DNA of 64,000 bases, from assembly GCA_004764695.1 (NCBI GenBank), contig SMSO01000032.1, forward strand, positions 6,046,483 to 6,110,482, read 5' to 3'. The first letter of the stretch is position 1, and every line of letters begins with the position of its first letter. This document shows, in pieces, positions 45,401-53,801 of this stretch. The position numbers were made by a program, and so were the translations under genes. The notes under the pieces are model-generated. The model had not been told where the DNA came from. It did no database searches and saw only the letters and a list, made by a program, of their open reading frames with translations. This DNA comes from Schizochytrium sp. TIO01 (lineage: Eukaryota; Protista; Bigyra: Labyrinthulomycetes).

Positions 45401-47458
45401 GATGACGAGCGTCAGCAACGCACCGCGGTGTCAAATGCCGAGAACGAAGAAGAGGATGACTTTGAGGAAACCATGACTGTCCGCACTCCTGTTCGCGCAA
45501 GACTCCGGTCCCGTGCTAATAGTCTCGCTTCGCAAAAGACTATCAAGCAAGCCATTCTTGAGCGTGTCCGTCAAACATCGCCTGATGCACTTGGAGCCTT
45601 TTCTGAAGATGAGGACGCCGAGGTCCGACCTCCTCGCCCGGTTTTCGAAGAAACCCCGCCAACAGTTTTTGAGGATGTTCCGTATATGATAATGCCTCTT
45701 AAGACGACACATAAGCGCTTTTCTGGGCTCAACCGTCTTAGAGAAAGTGTCTCTCGCCGTGCTTCTACATTTGTGGCCCGCCGCATGTCCATGAGACGTG
45801 GCTCTCGTGGTTCCCGAAACTCCAACAAGTCTGATGGTGATGCTTGGCAGCGTTGCTCTGTTATCATTCATGGATACAAGCTCGAATTCTACGAGAGTGT
45901 GAACAATGCTGATTCTCCAAACCCAGAGGGAGTCAATCTTTTGGGCGAGATTCTCGTGAACCCATTGTACTCCGAGATGTCTGTGGTAGACGGCGCAGTT
46001 CCAACCGAGAAGCTGATGAAAATTTCTATCGCTGCGCGGCGTGGACAGCCAGGCTACATTGTGTTCTTCCAGATTGCAGAAGAAGACAATAAAGAGTCAT
46101 TGCTTGAAGCTTACCAGGCGGCCCTCAATAACTATAAGCGGGAGGTCAAGCTCGCACAAGATTACCAAAACGGTACTCTGGAGCAGGATCATGTGAACCA
46201 AGAAGCCATGGACCAGGCTCGCCGATGGCTTGGAGAGGGCCTCATTTCCCAGGAGGAGTTTGAGCTTCTGATGACCCAGCAGATTACCGATGATGACGAG
46301 ATCTTCCAAGCTGAGGCGGGACGTTATGGCGAAGACAACACTGATCTGACCTATACCGTCAAATGTAAGGACTGTGGTGAGACTGTAGTCTTTATCAAGG
46401 GTTACGACGAGAACCCAGATCATTGCCCATACTGTGAAAGTGAGCTGCCCGAAACCGAAAGCGATCTTCAGGCTGAGACGCTTGCTTACCGCCGCTTCAT
46501 GGACGAAACTCTCGAACACAAGGAAGCTATGCAGAGCGCTGGCGATAACGACAGCTACCCTGTTGCTGTGAAGATTAAGAAGGGTCAGACTATGATTGTT
46601 TACCCTCCGCAAATGCAGTCCGTGTATGACCATGATGAGCTTCGCAATGTTGACAAATTTGACTTTGCCATTTACCTTAAGAACGAGAACCCCGATGCGA
46701 TCCGTGTAGTTGAGGAGTATGACATTGCTGCGACCTGGGCGGAGCTTCGTGGATTCTCCGTAAACCTCTCGAGCTCGGAAGGTTCTGGCAAGCTATCCTC
46801 AAAAGATCGCAAGAAACTGCCTGAGTTTCCCATGGACCCCAAAAAGGAGAGCCTTATTAAGGATGATCCTTCTGAGCGTGTAAAGGAAACCCTGACTAAG
46901 CACCGTCTTCTTCGTATCGATGAGTACATGCTGGCCTTGTTGGTTGTTTCACGTCACATCAAGCACTTTTATGACAACAACTATGTGCGCTCCTTCTTCA
47001 ATCTTCCTGTGGACGTTAAGACTACGAAGACAATCTTTCGACGAATCCAGGTGCTTTCACCAAGCCAAGTTGATGCTGCCCAGAGCCAAGCTGACGAGCT
47101 CTTTGCTTATGTGACATCGTTGGAGCTCCAAGCTGAGGAGGACGATGACAGCTCAGCAAACTACGCTCCTGAAGATCTTGTTCCTAAGGAGCTTTGGAGC
47201 GCCATCAAAAGCGCCCAGCCTGCCTTGGAGGCCACTGCAGACCCTACCAATTTGAGCAAGGCTGGTCATCTTAAACTCACAGAAGACGAACTTGCAGAGC
47301 TCTCTGCGCATGCGTCCCAGGTCCTTGGCGTTGTGATTGAGTGTGAGGCTCGCTATAAAAAGCTCACTGATCATGCAAGCGAAGTTGCTGTTAAGCGCAT
47401 GCAGGCCGAGGATGAAGCAGCAGCTGCTCAGGCCGAGGATGGTGCTGCTGCTGCCTAA
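42458..47458 (+). CDS. Unconventional myosin heavy chain (SH3-like N-terminus, motor, SAH, PH, Zn ribbon, PX-like tail)
   Basis: P-loop GESGAGKT, switch I NSNSSRFGK, switch II DIFGFE, FIRCIKPN, converter GYTRVFFK; E/R-rich single alpha helix; CKDC...CPYC. Confidence 0.97.
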   Translation: MDAGAVGVGSSVWVAYKGEGGATEYEEGIVTSRDGRWVTVKSGQGKDRYDIEEEENPKVFRSNEQVVQDMTALRFFHVPGILHNLRERAVVMDEPYTFLGGSVLVAVNPLRDIPAPEGILGTRDAISHAHPYAIAESAYQSLTFAVSRPSFGEKVNQSIIVGGESGAGKTESSKMVLHHLVERSSMTGANDYSDLDKRLLDISPILESFGNAATKRNSNSSRFGKFIKIHFAPLKGSPGAMTICAASVQTFLLERSRVVEHMLNERNFHVFYQLLEGASDEMRDEMMLDRSFSYLKATKTPGSGRRRAKSMAKLENLGEEDERKFNQLSDALDTLGVPKEEVYRILAGLLHLGNIKFDEKEGVTTDEAEVRNPETLDLASSLLSIAPEDLERLFLERKVRAAGELIIAKRDAESAKIAVDAVAKTIYVDLFEFLVRRITDALSANNSHQTRPFIGVLDIFGFESFRRNDLEQLLINYTNEALQGTFNAQIFEAEAALYRNEGLRVDDQIDASSVTLNQATMEFLGGVKGDRDQPGILRLIDIETQSPQPSDSKLCNAIHRTYEKSAASEAGAYVPVHPKDIKYCFTVHHYADNVTYTTGHFIEKNVDRVPDEVSQVLASSTSAILDEIFGELSSQTTAQKAAKAGRALAKVTTTITGRFHSSIDDLISTLDATRASFIRCIKPNSRMERKGSSADWFNTQYVIPQLRSLSIPQTAQILKGGFPTRIPFREFVFAYKGMMPEEALTAFHVLAHDDERLFVKALFEAFRIPPETYKIGYTRVFFKSGMLDELNRVLQVAATGELPEDVASRFRNCIVLSRWRSIFAGMMAYNVLNSILEANRKRESAVTILQRLAKRRAREARRRREEALRREEEARQRQEAARREAERLARLEETRRIAREAAERANRIAEAERLRQAEILAEEQRRQEEERAAEEARRLSELRTATLFAEQAVDDAEAEEEEETNKVVTELGGEDALADKLDDERQQRTAVSNAENEEEDDFEETMTVRTPVRARLRSRANSLASQKTIKQAILERVRQTSPDALGAFSEDEDAEVRPPRPVFEETPPTVFEDVPYMIMPLKTTHKRFSGLNRLRESVSRRASTFVARRMSMRRGSRGSRNSNKSDGDAWQRCSVIIHGYKLEFYESVNNADSPNPEGVNLLGEILVNPLYSEMSVVDGAVPTEKLMKISIAARRGQPGYIVFFQIAEEDNKESLLEAYQAALNNYKREVKLAQDYQNGTLEQDHVNQEAMDQARRWLGEGLISQEEFELLMTQQITDDDEIFQAEAGRYGEDNTDLTYTVKCKDCGETVVFIKGYDENPDHCPYCESELPETESDLQAETLAYRRFMDETLEHKEAMQSAGDNDSYPVAVKIKKGQTMIVYPPQMQSVYDHDELRNVDKFDFAIYLKNENPDAIRVVEEYDIAATWAELRGFSVNLSSSEGSGKLSSKDRKKLPEFPMDPKKESLIKDDPSERVKETLTKHRLLRIDEYMLALLVVSRHIKHFYDNNYVRSFFNLPVDVKTTKTIFRRIQVLSPSQVDAAQSQADELFAYVTSLELQAEEDDDSSANYAPEDLVPKELWSAIKSAQPALEATADPTNLSKAGHLKLTEDELAELSAHASQVLGVVIECEARYKKLTDHASEVAVKRMQAEDEAAAAQAEDGAAAA

Positions 47459-48436
47459 AAGGAGTCTCCATTATTGAAACCTTTCTCGACATGATTTAAT
47501 ACATGACTTTACTTGATCATTATATTCGCTGCAAGTACACAGCCTTGGCAAGACTCAAAATATAAGGAACCCTCCAATATCGAGCACGGAGAGCTTCCTT
47601 TGTCTCACTTGCTCAACGACTGTTTACATTCTGTTGCGTCGAACATTAATTCTATTCAATTGTGGTTCTCATTTTCATTCCCTTTTTCTTTTCCCTCCAG
47701 GAGACTCTGAGAAACAAGAAACACATGACAGTACAACAAACTAAGCAAAATTTTAATTTTCTGTTTTAAAAATTCTCATTCTTGGGTTGCTGTTCACCTC
47801 GTGTAGCTGTCTACCTTCATATAGTGCTTCACTTCGTTCAATTTGAGTCCTGCCTACGTGTTTCTAACCCCGCTCAAAATTGAGGGCACTTCAAGCATAT
47901 AGCTTCGATTTCTCAAAACTAAAAGGTGTAATTTGGATGGGTTTCCGAGGAGCAAAAATAAAGATCAAAACGATGCAAGGTTTTATGAAACAAAAAAAGT
48001 TTCACTAGAGAAATTGACTTAGCATTATCTCGCACATGTTTATTTCTACATGTGATGGGCCACATTATGAGTCGATGTAGTGACAAAAATACTTCCGTCA
48101 AGTTTCCTCGCTGCCACATGCTTTGAGGAATGAATTAAGTGAGCTGGTACTTCGAGAATGTACCATACCAATTCCCAAACAAGTAGGTACAACTAAACAC
48201 GTCAAGAGTGAACACTAAACACACACATGTAAAAGAGCAAAACACAAATCAGAGGTTTCGTTTAGCTTATACCACAAAGACTTCAGGGAATAAGGGAAGT
48301 GTGCCATGCGCAATCAGCCGCATAGGCTGGCTAGCGGAGTTAAAAAGAAAATAAATCCCTCGCATTCATCGTTGTTATCTAGGCACGAACGGCTCACCAA
48401 AATTAGCCATTAGTAATTTTTTTTCTTTTGAACCGT

Positions 48437-50614
48437 CTAAGCACGCAGGTTTGCCTTGGACTTATCTTCCTTAAGGGAGACAATGAGGTTAAATACGGGT
48501 TTCTCGCGAGTGTAGTCCTTGACATCAGCGCAAAAGTATCCAACTGTGATAAACTGGTAGCGCATCAGCTTACCGGCCTCCAGGGCAGTGGTGACCTCGT
48601 CGACAACGCCAGGCTCAACAAGAAGCTCGGTGACCTTGATTGAGTCCGGGTTGAAGAGCTCGATAAAGTCTACACCCTTCTCCTTGGCAGCCTTCTCTGC
48701 ATTGACCTCGACACCCTCAACATCGCAGTCACGGAAAAGCTTGGAGTACATGCGAGCCTCCACCTTGTCAGCAGAGCTGGGCACCCATGCAACCATAGGC
48801 ATACCCTTGTAAGGCATGTCCGCAGGCTCAAGACGTACGAAAACACGCTTGATGGCGCCCGTTGACTCATCCGTCTCGTGGGACTCGTATGTAACGACCC
48901 GGGCGTTCAAGAGCTTGATAGATTCGTTCTTAGGGGAGCCCGGTACCATACCCTTGTAACCCTTGATCATGTCCAGGCGAAACTTCTCGCCAGGGATATA
49001 GACAGTGGATGAGAAGGGAACCTCACGCATACCCATGTCCTCACGTCCCTTAGCAGGGTGGTTCGGCACAGTGACAGTTGCAGGTGCGTCGGCATCGGCA
49101 AAGTTGGTGATAACGACCTCAATCGGATCCACAACCGCGAAACGACGCGGTGCCTCCAGATCCAACTCCATACGGATGGAGTTCTCCAGACGCTCCAGAG
49201 GCACGCAAACCTCGTTTGAGGAGCGTGCTACACCGAGACCACGGCAAAAGTGGCGCACGGCAGTAGAGGTGTATCCACGCCGGCGAATGCCAGCAAGAGT
49301 CAGGAGGCGAGGGTCATCCCATCCAGCGACGTGGCCCTCAAGCACAAGGCGCTGCAGGCGACGTTTGGACATGACGTTGCACGAGATAGAGCAACGAGAA
49401 GACTCCCAGGTCTTGGAGTGGAACATGCCTAGAGCGTCGAGGAGCCAATGGTAGGAGGAGTCGGATGCCTGACGGGTCTCAAACTCGAGGGTGCAGAGCG
49501 AATGCGTGACGTTCTCGAGGGAGTCCACAAGGCAGTGGGAGTAGTCGTAAGTCGGGTAGATGCACCACTTGTCTCCGGTGCGGTGGTGCTCTTTGTACAT
49601 GATGCGGTATGCCATGTGGTCCCACATGTTTGGGTTCTTGGACATGAAGTCACCCTTGAGCCGGAGTGTCGCCTCACCCTCTGCGAAACGCCCATCGCGC
49701 ATCTTGAGAAAGAGTTCGAGGTTCTCCTCCGGTGTGCGCACGTCCCTGCCTTCATCGAAGGTTTCCTCCTTAGGGAAAGCCAAGTCCGGGTTCTGTGCAA
49801 CCTCGTTGTGATAGTTCTTGAGCGCATTACGCTGCGCGGTGACACGTTCTGCGGGAAGAAGGCACACGTAGGCCTTATCGCGTCGGATGAGCTCGCAGGC
49901 GAGGTTAAAGAGATCGTCAAAGTAGTCCGAGGTGTAGGTGATGGCGAATGGTGTGTATCCCATCCACCTGACGTTATCGATGATGGCATCGATGTACTCC
50001 TGCTTCTCAGCCTCGGGGTTGGTGTCATCGAAACGCAGGTAGCAGTCGCCTCCGTTGGCTTCTGCGGTGCCGAAGTTGACAGACATGGCCTTTGCATGGC
50101 CGATGTGCAGGTAACCGTTGGGCTCAGGCGGGAAGCGCAGTCTGTACTTGCCGCCGGTGATCTCGAGGTGCTTAGCAAGGATCTCATCGCTGTTCACATA
50201 GTAGTCTCCTCTGCCATGGTTATCCTTTGGGTTGCCCAAAATTCTGCGCATGGTCTCCTCAATACTCACACCGCTCTCGCCATTATCCTCTGCTGCCGCT
50301 GCTGCTGCTCCTTCGTTGGCTTCAGCTTTGCTGCTCTCCTCGTTGGCAGCGTCTTTGGCCTTCTTGGGCTCCGGAGCCTTGGCGGGTTTCTTTTTCTCAG
50401 CCTTCTTCTCACGCTTGCGGAGAGCCTTAGTGAGGACCTTCTCAAGAGCTCCGGGCGTGTCGTAGCCGAGCTTTGCGGCTTCCTCCTTAAGGAAGGCGTC
50501 GCGACGAGCCTTGAGCTCCGCTGCTGCAGCAACCTCCTCATCCGTGGTAGGCTTGCTCGAGCCAGCCGTCAGCGCCGCGTACGCCTCTACCAGTGCATCG
50601 TCCACGCCCGACAT
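48437..50614 (-). CDS. QARS: Glutaminyl-tRNA synthetase
   Basis: RFPPEPNGYLHIGHAK, LRFDDTNP, WCIYPTYDY, HSLCTLEF, VMSKR, GWDDPRL and anticodon-binding barrels. First ATG is at 50614. Confidence 0.96.
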   Translation of the reverse strand: MSGVDDALVEAYAALTAGSSKPTTDEEVAAAAELKARRDAFLKEEAAKLGYDTPGALEKVLTKALRKREKKAEKKKPAKAPEPKKAKDAANEESSKAEANEGAAAAAAEDNGESGVSIEETMRRILGNPKDNHGRGDYYVNSDEILAKHLEITGGKYRLRFPPEPNGYLHIGHAKAMSVNFGTAEANGGDCYLRFDDTNPEAEKQEYIDAIIDNVRWMGYTPFAITYTSDYFDDLFNLACELIRRDKAYVCLLPAERVTAQRNALKNYHNEVAQNPDLAFPKEETFDEGRDVRTPEENLELFLKMRDGRFAEGEATLRLKGDFMSKNPNMWDHMAYRIMYKEHHRTGDKWCIYPTYDYSHCLVDSLENVTHSLCTLEFETRQASDSSYHWLLDALGMFHSKTWESSRCSISCNVMSKRRLQRLVLEGHVAGWDDPRLLTLAGIRRRGYTSTAVRHFCRGLGVARSSNEVCVPLERLENSIRMELDLEAPRRFAVVDPIEVVITNFADADAPATVTVPNHPAKGREDMGMREVPFSSTVYIPGEKFRLDMIKGYKGMVPGSPKNESIKLLNARVVTYESHETDESTGAIKRVFVRLEPADMPYKGMPMVAWVPSSADKVEARMYSKLFRDCDVEGVEVNAEKAAKEKGVDFIELFNPDSIKVTELLVEPGVVDEVTTALEAGKLMRYQFITVGYFCADVKDYTREKPVFNLIVSLKEDKSKANLRA

Positions 50615-51685
50615 TCTCAACCGAGAGTCTGACCAATCCGCTTAGAATACCCTGCCTCTCTGCCGCCTCAAGACCGCGAAGTCGCTCGCTTCCTTCCGGA
50701 TTTGCTTCGATTGGATTTGCTTTCTCAAATCTCATTTCAAACAAACAATCAATCAATCGATCGATCAATCGATCACTCAATCGATCTTCTTCTCATTATC
50801 ATTCATTTCTTCTTCTTTCAACTTTCTCTTTTTCCACCATATAACTAAACTATTTTCAAATACTTCATTATCTGCAAAACATCAACAATAGAACAAATCG
50901 ACAAATTAGTTAACTATCGATTTACTTTCTTTTTAACATCTTTTGCACACTATGTAAACAATACAAACAAAATCGCTCTCTGGAACAGTCGCCAACAGAA
51001 ACTCGAGCCGAGCGAACGTCCGTCTGACAGGCCCGATTTCCCAGAGAATCATCACAGCCGAGACCCCATGCGTCAACTTCTATCTTGGAGGCCATCTTCA
51101 TCACCCCTTCGCGATGGCACATACAGAGAAAGAAACGAAACTCCATCGCGAACTTAACTTATTATTCGCAGACCTCCCTATAAGAGCGTTGCTAGCAGGC
51201 GCCTAGCCACTGCTACCGGCGCCCAAGAGCAGCCTTCGCCGCTTTGGCCTTCCCTGCGGCACAGTGAACTATCGGAATAGTCTATAGTAAGCGGCCTCTA
51301 TAACTCACTTGCAGGGCTCCCGCAAGTAGAGCTAACGGGCGCGCGCGAGCAGGCTGGCTTTACCTCGTGCACAGCAAGGCGTGAGACAGCGCTGTTGTTT
51401 GCTTTCTTTCTGCGTGCAAATGCGGAACAGATCCGTCTCGATTTAAAGATCGGTCTAAACCTTGATCTCAATGTCAAATCCAATTGATTGTACCAAGCTC
51501 AAGCTGTTTCGCGGTCGTCGCATTGCCGCCAAGAACGACCCTTCGAAACGAACAGACCATCTTTAGTCAGCACGTGGACACCAAAGCGCCAACGGGTGAC
51601 GTCGCACAGAACGTTCCCGTTTGGTTCTGCGTTGCGCAGATCGTAGAACGTTCCCTCAGGGTTCTGCGCAGTTGTCCACGTAGGA

Positions 51686-51707
51686 CAAACAAACAAACAA
51701 ACAAACA
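51686..51707. repeat. (CAAA)n microsatellite
   Basis: Direct repeat acaaacaaacaaac... Confidence 0.85.
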
Positions 51708-53801
51708 AGCAAAGCGCTGCGTGAGGTAGTTTGGGGCTCCATGGCATCTTATGCAGGTTACGCTTTGCCTACGCAGGTTTCAGGGGCGTAGAAAGGCATG
51801 TGGACGCTCGCTGGATGTGGCAGTGGAGGAGCTCCCTTCTCAGCGTATGGAGGATTGAAGAAAAAGCAAGGTAGTAGAATAACCATGACTGGAGCGAATT
51901 ATGGGCAGCTCACCCGCAGAAAATAGAAACGAAACAGAGGACAATGGAAGCGCACACGCTCGTTGTATGTGCCGATTAATATGTCGCATATAGTCACAGA
52001 GCTCCGATGGTAATCTCCATGAGCGGCACCAAATTGGAATGTGAGTGAGATTCTTATACCCGTACAATTTGATCCAGCTCAGGGTCTTTCAATCACAAAT
52101 TTGCTCTGCAACTTGCGATATAGCATACTAAGAAGCCACATTGATTCACTCCCACGTATGCACCAGACCAGATAAGCTTACCTCATTGTCTTTCGAACGA
52201 GTATCTTGCCATCACAACACAACACCGGGATCGAATTGTCTCATTGAAACTTTCTCGCGCACGTTAAGCTCATTGGACGTTCCTCAAGCAAGTTTTGTCC
52301 TTACTGCTTACTGCTTACGTCGAGCTTGAGCTTGCGAGCTCGCTCTGCTTGACGCTGCCGTAGCGGGCGTTTCAGCTAAGCTCTGCTTCTCAAGAAGGAC
52401 CTTCGTACCAAAGTACCTCTGTATTACATGTGAAACGTGCAAGGCATCTCAGGAAGCGCACACCTTCCTTCCTCCAAAGGTGGGATCGGAGTTCTCTCAC
52501 CCCTCGATCCCCAAACCACTTGCTGGGCTGCGGGCTGCGAGTGAAGGTCTTGCGCAGACCAGGTCCAGAGAATGCGCGTGTCTCCCTTGATGGAGCAGGT
52601 TCGCGTTCAAGTCGGTCATGCCGCAGCTTCTCGCGTCTTGTTCCTGTTCTTCACGCCTTTAAAGGCAATCTCCTTCCTCGTCTCTGGAGGCAATCAATCA
52701 ATGTGTGCTGACTTCGATGGAGTGACCCAGCGATGCATAACAGCAGCGGCCTCCAAGCTCGAATCGTGATCCTCACAGCCGCAGGCCATCGGAGCCTCTT
52801 CGCGCCATTCACGCGCACGAGTTGCTCTTGGCTCCTCCTCGATCGCATCTCAATGGCTTGGCTTTGTGAAAGTCCTCACGCTCAGGAGCTCTCTTTCCAT
52901 AAACTAATGTAATTGACGCATAGACATTCAGTCTTACATACTGTACGACTCTGTGAATGAACGAATGAATGAGTTCACTCTGAAGTGAAAAGAAGCTTTA
53001 ACTTAACTAAAATCTAATTTCGTTTTCCATTAAAAAGTACGTCAGCAAAGCAAAAGCACGAAGAACATCGAACGAAGAGCATCGATCGAGGTGGCTCGAG
53101 GTGAGGACAGCGAAGCGAAAGGTGACAACGTCCGATGCAAATTGCATCTAGCGCGATAATGCCTTCGACTGCATGGAGGAGTCAGCGGGAAACAGCCGCT
53201 GGCGTTATTTCTTCTGAAAGAAAGTCTTCATGCTCTGCAAGGGAAACGAACGATTAAACAACGCTGACACTCTCTTTCTTTCTCTAGCTTGTTCCTATTG
53301 GGGTATTGGTACTAGTGTTTAGCGTAAGTAAGGTGCGCTGGAATAGAATATGTTTCCCTTTTGGTTGAACTAAAAAGTCTCCTACTTCTACCTGCCTCCC
53401 TATCAACCTACCTACCTACCTCTTCTCTTGCAGGATGAGTAAAACTGCATTCCGGCAGTTCAGAGCTTAAACCCATCGAGCGCGGGCTCGCCACCCGAGG
53501 CTGTGGCGTGCGGGTCGCGGAGACTCTGTATCACCATTATTGCTACACGATTGCACATCACTCCTTCCCTCAGGTCTCCCTCGCTGGCACTCGAAGTGTT
53601 CTAAACAACCTGGCTCAAGACTTCGACATCCCCCATTCCATCTTCATCTCTGTTTCCAGCTGTCATACTCAACTCGACTTCAGAACTTCTCAGTCGAAAG
53701 ACCTCTTGGCGCACAATTACACGCGCTAAATCACACAAATAGAAAACAAACAAACCTACATACATACATAACTACATACGTATAAACAAACAAAGTTCGA
53801 C

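Noticed and set aside
49429-50632. 394-aa antisense ORF and 252-aa alternate-frame ORF over GlnRS
   Set aside because: Codon-bias shadows of a highly expressed gene
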